A stretch of DNA of 64,000 nt from a bacterium (GCA_030697645.1 JAUYPI010000018.1:10457-74456); one strand, 5' to 3'; shown: positions 28,626 to 39,121, numbered from the stretch's first letter. Made by a program: numbers and translations. The notes: generated from the sequence alone by a model not told the origin.

Positions 28626-29784
28626 AGACCGTGCACATATTCCGAGCATTCGAGACGCTGCCAATCTTCGAGGCAAGCGGATAGTGCTGCGCCTGGACTT
28701 GAATGTCCCTCTGACTCCGCAAGGCGAGGTGGCGGACGATTTTCGTATTCGCAAGGTGTTGCCGACGCTCGCGCTGCTCGGTGAGCGGGGAGCACTGGTG
28801 CGCGCCGTGAGCCACATTGACGGTGCGGGGGGGTCGCTGCGCGCGGTTGCGGACTATATGGTTCGGCATCTTGGCGTCGCGCTCACATTTGTGCCGGAAA
28901 TGGCGCACCCGCAAGCTGCACTCGTACTCGAGCGCCAGAGTCCGCGCGAGATTGTGCTTTTTGAAAACATCCGCCGCGAGCCCGGGGAAGAGCGTAATGA
29001 CCCGGCGTTTGCCGAGCGTCTCGCTGGCCTCGGGGATGTATATGTCAACGACGCGTTCTCCGTGTCGCATCGCCCCCACGCCTCGATTGTCGGCGTGCCA
29101 AAACTCCTTCCATCCTATACGGGGCTCCAGTTTACTGATGAAATCGAACACCTCTCGCAGGCCTTTGACCCGCCGCGCCCGTTTATCTTTATCATCGGCG
29201 GCATTAAATTTTCGACGAAGTTGCCTCTCGTGCGTAAGTTCCTCGATATCGCCGATGCCGTGTTTGTCGGCGGCGCGCTTGCAAACGACATTTTCCGGGC
29301 GCGCGGGCTCTCGGTGGGGAAATCGGTTGTTTCAGAGGAAGCGCTTGATCTATCTGGCATCGTTAATCACCCAAAACTCCTCACGCCCTCGGACGTCCGG
29401 GTGCGTCCGGCGGATGATCCGCGCGAAGAGGCAGCGCACCTCGCGCGGCCGGAGAATGTCAGCGCCGACGAGATTATTATGGACGCGGGGCCAGCGACAC
29501 TTGAGGCGCTTCGCGAGAGCATCGGCTCGGCAGCGTTCATTGTCTGGAATGGCCCCCTTGGCGATTACGAACATGATTTCGAGGAGGGGACCGAGGCGCT
29601 TGCGGCTTTGATCGCTGCGGCACTCGGGCGCTCGGTCGTTGGCGGCGGCGATACCATTGCCGCGATCAGTCGCCTCAAACTTGAAGCAAAGTTCACCTTT
29701 GTCTCCACCGGCGGTGGCGCGATGCTCGACTTTCTCGCCGATAGCATGCTGCCGGGTCTTGAGGCGTTGATGGCGCGTGTGTGA
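28609..29784 (+). CDS. pgk: Phosphoglycerate kinase
   Basis: RLDLNVP, YVNDAFSVSHR, WNGPLG, GGGDT, VSTGGGA. Confidence 0.95.
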   Translation: MEIGNLDRAHIPSIRDAANLRGKRIVLRLDLNVPLTPQGEVADDFRIRKVLPTLALLGERGALVRAVSHIDGAGGSLRAVADYMVRHLGVALTFVPEMAHPQAALVLERQSPREIVLFENIRREPGEERNDPAFAERLAGLGDVYVNDAFSVSHRPHASIVGVPKLLPSYTGLQFTDEIEHLSQAFDPPRPFIFIIGGIKFSTKLPLVRKFLDIADAVFVGGALANDIFRARGLSVGKSVVSEEALDLSGIVNHPKLLTPSDVRVRPADDPREEAAHLARPENVSADEIIMDAGPATLEALRESIGSAAFIVWNGPLGDYEHDFEEGTEALAALIAAALGRSVVGGGDTIAAISRLKLEAKFTFVSTGGGAMLDFLADSMLPGLEALMARV

Positions 29785-30009
29785 AGTCGGTTAGTTTTCA
29801 CTCTCCGGGGTTTTTGGGGTTGGGGACGACCACTTCTCCGACTGAATACCCAATATCAGCTTTCATCTTGCGCGGACTTTTTCGCGCCTCAATGCCTCTC
29901 TGTATCGCGCCCACTAAGGCCTCTTCAAATTCGCGTGTCTTGGAAATTTTTCTAGTTTTTCTGCTTGAAACCGCCAGAACATGTCTTTGACGGCTTTCTC
30001 GCTAAAATA

Positions 30010-30786
30010 TCACACGCTATATTCCCAATTTCTAATTTTTTCTGCATACTGCTCCTGCAATATAAGATATTCCTCTTTCAGTAAGAGCAACAATTGGGTG
30101 TCGGGGTAGCACAAACGAAATTCTTGATCACGTTGGTATGAGTATGGCGCGAGAAAATTTTTAATTTCTACAAAAAGATCCAACTCGGGTAAATAGAAAT
30201 CTGGCGTATAATTTTGTCTTAAAAGCCGAAACGTCTTTGGTTGATGTACCCATCTAATACTAAAGAAATCAAGCAGGCGGGCAAAGTTGGCCTCCCACCG
30301 ACTATAGAAATATATATCTCCGAGATCAGCACGCACGCCAGCCTTGGCGCGTGCGGCTCGTGGAGACGTTGGTTTTCCACCAATTACTTGCATCGCGCAC
30401 CTATTGCTGCAAAACTTTCGAGGCTGCCATCGCGCAAATACAATTTCTTTGCCGCACAGTGCGTTTTCACACCTCCCTCGTACAGGAGGTACCCGGATGA
30501 CACCTTTATGCTTATTGGGGCGACCGCGTAGTGCGTTTGCAATTTTATGCCTCGTGGCCTCAGTGTGGTGACGCAGAACGTTATTATACATCGCCGCGCA
30601 AGATTGAGAACAAAACTTTTTAGGGTCGGAGGGATTAACGACGAACACCCGACCACAGGCAACTTGTAGACAAGTTCGTTCCTCCTTTTTGCACAAACTA
30701 CCTAACTTACCTTCCTTCCAACCGTTGATAGAAATCACGCTTTGTTTTTCTCTGTATTCCAAAGAATCGTAAAAAGCGTATCTCAT
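30010..30786 (-). CDS. Zn-finger/NUMOD3-like plus PD-(D/E)XK nuclease (homing endonuclease-like)
   Basis: Two C..C..FCS..C units, HHTEATRHKI, SRWEAN..YTPDFYL..VEIK. Confidence 0.7.
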   Translation of the reverse strand: MRYAFYDSLEYREKQSVISINGWKEGKLGSLCKKEERTCLQVACGRVFVVNPSDPKKFCSQSCAAMYNNVLRHHTEATRHKIANALRGRPNKHKGVIRVPPVRGRCENALCGKEIVFARWQPRKFCSNRCAMQVIGGKPTSPRAARAKAGVRADLGDIYFYSRWEANFARLLDFFSIRWVHQPKTFRLLRQNYTPDFYLPELDLFVEIKNFLAPYSYQRDQEFRLCYPDTQLLLLLKEEYLILQEQYAEKIRNWEYSV

Positions 30787-30788
30787 AG

Positions 30789-30863
30789 AGCCGGTGGAGG
30801 GACTCGAACCCACAAAGCCTTCGCTTTACAAAAGCGCTGCTCTACCAATTGAGCTACACCGGC
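30789..30863 (-). tRNA. tRNA-Thr(TGT)
   Basis: GCCGGTG/CACCGGC acceptor, loop TTTGTAA, GTTCGAGTC. Confidence 0.9.
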
Positions 30864-30963
30864 GCCTCTCAACCACCACACTAACACAAAAGCCCTGCCT
30901 CTTGCAGGGCTGTCGGCACTCTTTGCTCTCCACTCGCCGCTTTCTCGTTCTACCCTCCACCCT

Positions 30964-31347
30964 CTACTTTCCATCCGCTACTCTCTCTTTGTACCCTGCC
31001 ATCTTACGCAAGAAGGGCGAGGCGGTGGATGTCGCGGCGAGCGCACGTTTGCTCGCAAACATCATGTTCGTCGCACGCTGAGAGATCAGCGCGCTCGGCG
31101 CGCGCACGCGCGAGAATTGCTCAATCACGGCATTGGCAGAGCGCGCGATACACACACACACACGCACTCGTGAATCAGCCCCAAGCGCCGAGCGACATGC
31201 ATCGAATGCTCCGCTCACCACCGCATCCGCGGCTTCTCTCCTTGTGCCGCCAAAGCGTCGTCCCACGTGCATTTGACGGGCGGCGAGGATAAAAAGCGCG
31301 GCAAGGGCACCGAGCGAGCTTAGAAACACGACGATCAAGGCCGTCAT
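30964..31347 (-). CDS. Hypothetical protein with N-terminal TM
   Basis: ORF with hydrophobic N-terminus. Confidence 0.55.
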   Translation of the reverse strand: MTALIVVFLSSLGALAALFILAARQMHVGRRFGGTRREAADAVVSGAFDACRSALGADSRVRVCVCIARSANAVIEQFSRVRAPSALISQRATNMMFASKRALAATSTASPFLRKMAGYKERVADGK

Positions 31348-31507
31348 AGAAGTTCTGCGCTAGAAGTCATGGTATGATTACAGTGTAGCATACTGACGCA
31401 AAATATGCTCCAGCTCTTTCCACAATTTCGTATTCATTCGCTTCCAGCGCCGCGGTTTGGAAGTTGGAGGTCATAATTTTAGCGCATAATGCAAAATAAC
31501 ACAGTAA

Positions 31508-31668
31508 AAATTCCAAGCTCCAACCAACAAATTCCACGTAAATTCCAAGCTCCAAAAAACAAGCTCCAAACAAATTCCAATGATTCAAATTCCAATTTCC
31601 AAACACGCACGTTTGAGATTTGGAGTTTGAGATTTGTTTGGAAATTGTTTTTTGGAATTTGGAAATTC
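31508..31668. repeat. Family B heptad element upstream of smpB
   Basis: TTCCAAG/CTCCAAA arm, CAAACACGCACGTTTG core, TTGGAAA arm. Confidence 0.85.
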
Positions 31669-31693
31669 ATTTTGCTTTTTGTACTACCATACC

Positions 31694-32146
31694 ATGCCCC
31701 AGCTGCTCACCAACAAAAAGCGCTTGACCGACCTCGACGTCCTTGAGACGCTCGCGGCGGGCATCGAGCTCCTCGGCCACGAGGTAAAAGCCCTGCGCAC
31801 CGGCATGGGGTCGCTCTCGGCAGCACACGCGATCGTGCGCGGCGGCGAGGCGTTCCTCGTCAACATGTCGATCCCGCCCTACCAGAGCGCGAACACTCCC
31901 GCAGGCTACGATCCAGAGCGGCCGCGAAAACTGCTCCTCAGACAACAAGAAATCGCCCACCTTGCCGGCTACGAACGACAGAAGGGCTTGACAATCATAC
32001 CAATTTCTGTGTATACTTCCCGCAGGAAGATAAAAATCTCGCTCGCGATCGGCCGCGGCAGGAAAAAACACGATAAACGTGAGGTTCTCAAAAAGCGTGA
32101 CGCCGAGCGCGACATGCGACGCACTGTAAAGAGCAGTTCGCGCTAA
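31694..32146 (+). CDS. smpB: SsrA-binding protein
   Basis: AGIELLGHEVK, RKLLL, GRKKHDKRE. Confidence 0.95.
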   Translation: MPQLLTNKKRLTDLDVLETLAAGIELLGHEVKALRTGMGSLSAAHAIVRGGEAFLVNMSIPPYQSANTPAGYDPERPRKLLLRQQEIAHLAGYERQKGLTIIPISVYTSRRKIKISLAIGRGRKKHDKREVLKKRDAERDMRRTVKSSSR

Positions 32147-32197
32147 ACCCTCAGCAGTCGTTCCCAGCACCACTTTTACGCTTGTAAAAGTGGTGCT

Positions 32198-32610
32198 GGG
32201 GATGATTGGTCTTGACAAAAGAATACGCCCGTGAGGTGCGCAGGAGTGCTCCGACATCACTTAAAAAGGCCGGAACCAATACGTGCCAAGAACACTCTTG
32301 CACGAGCAAAGTCTATTCTTTCTCCCTATTTTGGGGTAAGCGACTTTGCTCTCGCATACGCCTAAAGCCGCGTCAGCGGTTTTCACGTCTGCGACGCTTG
32401 TTCTCTTTGACGCCCGATAAGACCGAACGAGTGTAATAAAAATTCGGACTGGAGCGCCGCGTGTCCCGCGCAGCGCTCAAGATTCTAGGGACGGCACGCT
32501 CGGTGAGATTTTGCTTGTTTCTCACTCGCCAGTGTATAAAAACAAGCTACCCTGCGTAGATGCCTCAGAGCAATTCTTTTGCACCCGGGTTCGACTCCCG
32601 GCATCTCCAC
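32198..32610 (+). ncRNA. ssrA: tmRNA; tag AKNTLARAKSILSPYFGVSDFALAYA* at 32285-32365
   Basis: GGGGATG/CATCTCC acceptor with G3.U, T-arm CCGGGTTCGACTCCCGG, directly after smpB. Confidence 0.92.
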
Positions 32611-32930
32611 TCGACTCGCCCCTCCTCGCGGAGGGGCGCGCTCGTAACGCTCGTAAAAAAACGAGGCGTTAAAAACAGCATACGTAAGTTACCCTGTCTT
32701 TTTGATGAACTTTTTTTCTTCTGCTGGGATTAGTCCTCCACATTCCGCGCATCGTTTTAACCACTGCACACTAAAGCGCGAAATAGTTTAAAACAAACTA
32801 TTTCTGTGGATTACTATACCACTTGATTTATTGTATAAAATATTGTAGTGCTAATGCAGACTAAAGACCGACAATTCCGATCCTCATAACATAAGGAGGG
32901 AGCATATCTCCTCAAGATCGGTGGGAGTCT

Positions 32931-33707
32931 GTGCCTAAGCTGGAGTGTGCATTGTTCGATGGCGGCGCCTGGAGCTTCATACTCCCGATTGCAGTGGTGT
33001 TGGGATGTATTCTAGTATTGTTCCTCCATACTATGCGCCGCTCACGGCGCGGAGAAGCCATATCGTTAAGTGAGTGGCTACCAACTCCTCCAACGGGTCC
33101 AGATTCACAGTCGCCCACGACATGGCTAATCTATGGGCTGAGTGTCGTGAGTAGAGTCCTCCCGCTAGCAACGTTCTCGAAAGTATTTTCACTGCGCTGG
33201 CATATCGTTGTGCACGACGCGTATTTTGCGTTCTGGGTCGCGCTTGCATTGGCAACGCTACTATGGCCTCAGTATGTGGATTTACCGTTGCCGCTCTTCA
33301 TACTTCGGATAGGCGAGCACCTCACCGTATTTCTATATGAACTGATATACATTAGCGGTTTGCCGGCAAATCTGCGCCGACAAGTCCGATTCTCAATCGT
33401 GTATCGTATGCTCTTTGAAGAGATCCAGATCTTTTTCACGGTGGTGATATACGCCGCCGCGATCTATCGCGCATATGCGCCGTATATCGGGCTCGAAACA
33501 AGTTCCTCCCCGGCATGGGACGCGCTCTACGTGAGCATCGTAACCATAAGTACGCTCGGGTTTGGTGACCACGTGCCTCGTGACTGTCTTCGGTTGGTTG
33601 TCATGGCTGAAGTCCTCGTGGGTATGTTCATCGTGATTATCGGCATCGCTCGCTTGGTCGGTAAGATTACCGGATATATGGGCAACCATGACCAGACGAC
33701 AGCATAA
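32931..33707 (+). CDS. Potassium-channel-like membrane protein
   Basis: Pore signature LYVSIVTISTLGFGD; start uncertain. Confidence 0.8.
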   Translation: MPKLECALFDGGAWSFILPIAVVLGCILVLFLHTMRRSRRGEAISLSEWLPTPPTGPDSQSPTTWLIYGLSVVSRVLPLATFSKVFSLRWHIVVHDAYFAFWVALALATLLWPQYVDLPLPLFILRIGEHLTVFLYELIYISGLPANLRRQVRFSIVYRMLFEEIQIFFTVVIYAAAIYRAYAPYIGLETSSSPAWDALYVSIVTISTLGFGDHVPRDCLRLVVMAEVLVGMFIVIIGIARLVGKITGYMGNHDQTTA

Positions 33708-33786
33708 TGCCGGGCGTAACAGAAAGAGCAACCCCCTGATTTTTTGAAATCAGGGGGTTGAATATTGTGAGAGCAGGACTGCCGTT

Positions 33787-33996
33787 TTATTTCCTGTCGA
33801 GCAGGCGGCGTATTAATCCCTTTACGTAGGCGATACAGGCGCGACGTCTTTTCATTCTTGCTAATTTCCTCCTCTGCTCTTCGGCCATTCCTTCGTCAAT
33901 TTCTGCCTGCGATACAAAGATTCCCCCGCGTATACAAATCACCCGTGCTTCTCGCATACTTCGTTCTCCGGCAGTAGAATTATTCACGACTCCCAT
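33787..33996 (-). CDS. Small hypothetical protein
   Basis: AAGGA RBS; shares bidirectional hairpin near 33731-33760. Confidence 0.4.
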   Translation of the reverse strand: MGVVNNSTAGERSMREARVICIRGGIFVSQAEIDEGMAEEQRRKLARMKRRRACIAYVKGLIRRLLDRK

Positions 33997-34613
33997 GTCT
34001 TTTCCTTATGTAGAAAGCAAACGAATGTGTAGTGACGTACCCCTCTAATCTTATAAAATTTTACTATGTATATCTTAATAAGTCAAAAATTGCGCTCGTA
34101 GGTTCCACAAGCAAGCGAAATATCTGGCATATGAATATATCCCATTTCCCCCTCAAAAATAGTTCTAACGTCCTGCACGGTGCTCCACTCGACTCGCCCC
34201 TCCTCACGGAGGGGCGCGCTCGTAACGCTCGTAAAAAAACGAGGCGTTAAAAACAGCATACGTAAGTTACCCTGTCTTTTTGATGAACTTCGTTTTGTTT
34301 CTATGGTGCTAAACCCATCACGCACTTCGCACGGAAATCAAGCCCGTAAACAACCCTGTGCTCTTCGCACAGGGTTGTTTATATACGTTTGATTTGTAGA
34401 AGCGCGGCTTACTCGATTGCCCCCGTCTCCACACGCCACCCCGCACACCGTCACTGCCGTGGCGGTGTTTGTATGATGAGCAGATACGGAGGGAATCGAG
34501 TGCGCGCTCGAGAACAACTATAGCGCTCCCTACCATGCAGTTCGTATAATGGTGCGTAATTCATAGTTAGTGTGTTACATTTTATTTTCTTGATATCTTG
34601 ATAGATGTGGGGG

Positions 34614-35954
34614 TTATATACCGATGCCGCGATAGACGATTCCTGCCGTAAGAAATTTCTCCTTATCTAAACAATTGCGCCCATCCACGACTGCCCTGAC
34701 GCCGTGCGTCGTAAAAAAATCGGGAGATAGGTCCACGAACTGCTGGTGCGCTGTCGCAACAACGACCGCCGTTGCTCCTGAAACCGCCTCGTCGATAGTC
34801 TCGGCAGTGGATTGTTTTGGAACAAACGGATCAAAGACACGCACGGAAAGTCCGGCTCGCTCCAAACGCTCAATAATCTTATACGACGGACTCTCACGAT
34901 CGTCCTCGATATTCGGCTTATATGCGACACCCAGCACCGCGGCGGAGGCGCTGGCGAATGGTATTGAGAGATCCTTTAGCGCGCGGAGTAAGAGGTCTGC
35001 GGTATAGGCAGGCATGCGATTGTTGATCTTCCGCGCCAGGGAAAGAAAGTCATGGTGGAAACCATTCTCCTCGGCATAGCGGATCAGGTAATACGGATCA
35101 ACCGGAATGCAATGCCCGCCCACGCCGCAGCCGGGGTAATGCGCCAGAAACGAAAACGGCTTTGTCGAGGCGCCACGTATCACGTTCTCCACGTTAATCC
35201 CAAGACGCGCGAAGGAGAGCGCAAGCTCGTTTGCAAATGCGATATTCACGTCGCGAAACGAATTCTCGACGACTTTGACCGCCTCCGCTTCTCGAACGGA
35301 GTTCATCTCGAGAATCGCGGCATCAATGACCGACCGATAAAACGCGGACGCCCTCTCGAGACTCTCCGGTCCAATGCCGCCCACCACCCGCGGAATGTTC
35401 CCGACATGCCACAGGGAATCCCCCGGGTTAATCCGCTCCGGCGCATGGGCAACAAAAAAGTCACGTTCGACGGCAAGCCCGGAGTTCTTCTCGAGGAGCG
35501 GAACAACAATACTCTCTGTAACATTGGGGTTTACGGTCGACTCAAGTATGACGAGCTGCCCTGCCCGGAGGTACCGACCGACATCCCGACAGGCCGCTTT
35601 GAGCGGGCTTAAGTTCGGCGCATGATTCTTATAGACTGGCGTTGGCACGCATACCGCGATGATATCAGCGTCGGCCACGGCGAGAAAATCCGTCGAGAAT
35701 GTAAGCGACGGATTCGCGCCATTCTTCCTCTCGAGGCGGTGTGCAAGTGCGCTCACTTTTTCCTCGTCTATGTCTATGCCGGTTACAGAATACCCTCTGC
35801 GGTACGCCTGCTCCGCAAGCGGCAGGCCGACATAGCCAACGCCCACGACCGCAAGGGTCTTCCAAGCCGTACTCTGCTCCTCTCGGTTCTTCTCCGGCTC
35901 ATCAGCACCCCATTCACGCCGCTCGGTTTTTTGCGCTTCTTTATGTGTACTCAT
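34614..35954 (-). CDS. Nucleotide-sugar dehydrogenase (WecC/WbpA-like)
   Basis: GVGYVGLP, CVPTP, LESTV, PERINPG, GVGGHCIPVDPY, AYKPNIEDDRESP. Confidence 0.92.
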   Translation of the reverse strand: MSTHKEAQKTERREWGADEPEKNREEQSTAWKTLAVVGVGYVGLPLAEQAYRRGYSVTGIDIDEEKVSALAHRLERKNGANPSLTFSTDFLAVADADIIAVCVPTPVYKNHAPNLSPLKAACRDVGRYLRAGQLVILESTVNPNVTESIVVPLLEKNSGLAVERDFFVAHAPERINPGDSLWHVGNIPRVVGGIGPESLERASAFYRSVIDAAILEMNSVREAEAVKVVENSFRDVNIAFANELALSFARLGINVENVIRGASTKPFSFLAHYPGCGVGGHCIPVDPYYLIRYAEENGFHHDFLSLARKINNRMPAYTADLLLRALKDLSIPFASASAAVLGVAYKPNIEDDRESPSYKIIERLERAGLSVRVFDPFVPKQSTAETIDEAVSGATAVVVATAHQQFVDLSPDFFTTHGVRAVVDGRNCLDKEKFLTAGIVYRGIGI

Positions 35955-36236
35955 AACATAATCGCGAATAATCGCGAAAAACAAACAAACTAATAATTAA
36001 AAGACCAACGATTCAACGATTCTGAATACACTGTATCGCAGAGTCGGTGAACGAAGCATGAACGTACGCATCAGACATCCTGCGCTTTGAGATACGCGAT
36101 ATGCCTAAAGATATGTCAACTGATTTAAAAATCCCGACGCCGTGGGCCGGTTTCCATTCATGAAAAATTTTATGAACAGACACGCACAAAAATGCTTTGA
36201 AATAAAAATGAATTCCAATACACTTCTCTGCATCCT

Positions 36237-37853
36237 ATGCATACAAACCCGAATAAAAAAAATAACGGTCGCGCGCTTTCAAATATGCTCCTGGCGACGA
36301 TTCTCTTTTCGCTCGGGCTCTTTGGTATAATGACCCTCGGCACTCGCGGGAGAGTACGCGCCGCGCCGAGTGAGCCGTTTCGGTACACATTTTCAACAGA
36401 CGGAAACCTGCGAGAATCCGCAACAAAAGAAGGGAGTTCGAGCCCGTACTGGTGGCTCGCATCGGGCGGCTATCTCGGCATACAAGGAGGTGTCGGGAAG
36501 AGCGTGCATGGCGCGCTCGACGTCGCTGATCCCGTCCGCGTACTTACTGCAAAGAAAAATGCATACGCGACCGACAACGGCTTTCATCCCCAAAATGTAT
36601 TCCGGCTGCTTACAAAAAATACGTCATGGGACAATGTCCATGTTGACGCCCTCGTTACTCTCGATAGCACCAATCTGTTCAACCCCGACAACGCTCACCC
36701 GTGGAACGGCGCGCACCTTATTGCCCGCTACACTGACGAAAATAATTACTACGCCGCGGGAATTCGTTTTGACGGCACTGCGGCCATAAAGAAAAAATCG
36801 GGCGGTATCTATACCACACTCGCCCAAGCGCCGGTATTTAGTGGTTTGTATGACCCGCTCAAATCCCACAATCTCCTGCCACACCACGAACCCATTCGCC
36901 TCCGCATGAGCGTCTTAAATGAACCGGGTGGAAATGTTCGCATCGCCCTCGAAAAAAACCCGACGAGCTCGGGGGTATGGACGTCGCTTGTCGAGACACT
37001 CGATACCGGAGCGCTCGGTGGCGCAATCCTCCCCGCAAGCGGCAGCGTCGGTCTATTCTCAGACTTCCTCGACATCACACTTGACGATATCGTCATTGAA
37101 AGCATCCCTGCGGAACCCGCCGTCCCGTATTATGGCCTCTCTCCGGAACGGCTCGTTCAAGAAGAGGGCTCTATGGCGGAGACCAGCGATGCGGCATGGT
37201 GGGTAAGCTCCGGCGGCTACTTCTCCATTCTCGGAGAAACCGGAGCTACGGTGCGCGGAGAGCTTGCAGATAACGACTACTGGCGGAAAGTATATGCTCT
37301 GGACAATCCGATAGACACCGACGATGGGTACCGGCCGCAGAATGTCTTCCGGCTTGTTACCAAAAAGCAAGCAAAAAACGTGAGCCAGCAGGCGTACTTT
37401 ACGATCGAACGATATAATACGAGCGAGAGCCCGAACCGCCAAGCTCATAATGGTATCCTTTTCTTCAGCCGCTACGTTGACGCAAATAATCTCTACTATA
37501 CCGGCATTCGGGTTGACGGGTATGTTGTTATTAAGAAAAAAATAAAAGGAACGTACTACACGCTCGCGACGAAAAAAATCTTTGACGGAACATATAATCG
37601 TACGACGAGCCCCATCCTCCTCCCCACTCTTGTCTGGATCGGCGTGCGCTCTGTAGTGGCGACGATGCCAGACGGCACCATTCTGATCTCGGTCGATGTG
37701 GATAAAAACAACAGCGGCTCTTGGGAGCGTGTTCTCAGCGCTCTTGACGATGGAACCAGCTTCGGGCCAACAATCGACCAGACAGGATACGCGGGTATGC
37801 GCACCGACTTTATGGATGTCGTGTTCAAAAAATACGCATTCGACTCACTCTAG
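36237..37853 (+). CDS. Membrane-anchored/secreted protein with two tandem beta-sandwich-like domains
   Basis: N-terminal TM; duplicated WW..SGGY, TD.G..PQNVFRL.TK, RY.D.NN.Y..GIR.DG, G...DF.D. Confidence 0.8.
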   Translation: MHTNPNKKNNGRALSNMLLATILFSLGLFGIMTLGTRGRVRAAPSEPFRYTFSTDGNLRESATKEGSSSPYWWLASGGYLGIQGGVGKSVHGALDVADPVRVLTAKKNAYATDNGFHPQNVFRLLTKNTSWDNVHVDALVTLDSTNLFNPDNAHPWNGAHLIARYTDENNYYAAGIRFDGTAAIKKKSGGIYTTLAQAPVFSGLYDPLKSHNLLPHHEPIRLRMSVLNEPGGNVRIALEKNPTSSGVWTSLVETLDTGALGGAILPASGSVGLFSDFLDITLDDIVIESIPAEPAVPYYGLSPERLVQEEGSMAETSDAAWWVSSGGYFSILGETGATVRGELADNDYWRKVYALDNPIDTDDGYRPQNVFRLVTKKQAKNVSQQAYFTIERYNTSESPNRQAHNGILFFSRYVDANNLYYTGIRVDGYVVIKKKIKGTYYTLATKKIFDGTYNRTTSPILLPTLVWIGVRSVVATMPDGTILISVDVDKNNSGSWERVLSALDDGTSFGPTIDQTGYAGMRTDFMDVVFKKYAFDSL

Positions 37854-37870
37854 CCATGCCAGTGAGACCG

Positions 37871-37911
37871 AAAGACAAACACCCCCGCCTATAGCGGGGG
37901 TGTTTGTCTTT
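37871..37911. terminator. Bidirectional terminator hairpin
   Basis: AAAGACAAACACCCCCGC / GCGGGGGTGTTTGTCTTT. Confidence 0.75.
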
Positions 37912-38089
37912 CATGCTATACGCAAAAGAACTAAACAGAACTTTCAAGAATTCTCTCAACACTTTCACCACCGATGCAACCCATACAATGCAGACGACTC
38001 CTTCGCATTCACGCCTTCATATCAATCCTCTTCCGTCGTTCTGTTTTTTAGAATACCACAACAATCGTGAACAATTCGTGAACATGTAT

Positions 38090-39121
38090 CTATTTACGTA
38101 AAAAGTCGATCGATATCTCGTCTTGATAGTGCGCAGCAGGGGCTGTATCGTGTGCGCGCGGATCATAATTGCCACACGGGAGCAGCACATACACGATCGT
38201 GCCTTTTCCCTGACTGCTTTTTATGCTGATGCGGCCATTATGGAGACGAATCAACTCGCTCACTATCGCAAGCCCGAGTCCGCTCCCGCCTTGTTTTCTG
38301 CCGCGCGATGGATCGCCTCGATAAAAAGGTTCGAAAATATGAAACAGGTCCTTTTTTGCGATGCCCCTGCCGGTGTCCGCGACGACCAGTTCAATATGAC
38401 CCTTATAATCGGGCCGAATCGTGAGGGTAATAACGCCGCCCTCTGGCGTATGCGTGACGGCGTTTTTCAGAAGATTCATCACCACCTGTTCCATCGCCAC
38501 CGCGTTCGCCCATATACTGCAAAAATCGCTTCGTTTGATAACGATGTCGATGTTTTGGCTGCGAATCATCTGGGTCAATTTGTTAATCGTACGATCCACT
38601 ATCACCCCCAGGTCGATGTCCACGAACTCGATACGTCCGGGCCGAAGGAGCCGGTTGAACGTGAGCAGGTTGTTAATGATTTCAGAGATGCGGTCGAGCT
38701 CTTCTATATTGCTTTGCAGCTGTTTTGTCGTTTCTGCATCGAATTTTTCTCCCTCAAGCAGGAGGACTTCGGTATTTGCCTTCACTATGGCAAGCGGCGT
38801 GCGTAATTCGTGGGCGATATCGGAAATAAATCGTTTTTGTGCCTCAATCGTTTTACGAGTCGGTATCAGTATGAGACGCGTCAGGAAGTATCCGAACACG
38901 GCGGTAAGCGAGAGCATCACCGCATAAAAAATGAGGTAGTTATGGCCGTATATCTTACGAAGGGATTCGTCGATGGATATTTTCGGCGGTGTGCCGGTTT
39001 TTATAAGCGACGAGAGGCCGGTGGTTATGGTTTCCGTTATCCGCGCGTTGAACCTATATAACATCGCCGTGAAGACGATCACCATGGTGATGGTAAACAC
39101 TACCATCAACACGACCACCAT
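38090..39121 (-). CDS. Sensor histidine kinase
   Basis: AHELRTPL, NLLKNA, DTGRGI, GSGLGL; start uncertain. Confidence 0.92.
   Translation of the reverse strand: MVVVLMVVFTITMVIVFTAMLYRFNARITETITTGLSSLIKTGTPPKISIDESLRKIYGHNYLIFYAVMLSLTAVFGYFLTRLILIPTRKTIEAQKRFISDIAHELRTPLAIVKANTEVLLLEGEKFDAETTKQLQSNIEELDRISEIINNLLTFNRLLRPGRIEFVDIDLGVIVDRTINKLTQMIRSQNIDIVIKRSDFCSIWANAVAMEQVVMNLLKNAVTHTPEGGVITLTIRPDYKGHIELVVADTGRGIAKKDLFHIFEPFYRGDPSRGRKQGGSGLGLAIVSELIRLHNGRISIKSSQGKGTIVYVLLPCGNYDPRAHDTAPAAHYQDEISIDFLRK

Larger units (their letters stand above)
32605..34290. repeat. 108-bp direct repeats (32605-32712, 34183-34290) bounding a small island
   Basis: Identical except one base; begins in the tmRNA 3' end (CTCCAC). 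Confidence 0.9.
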
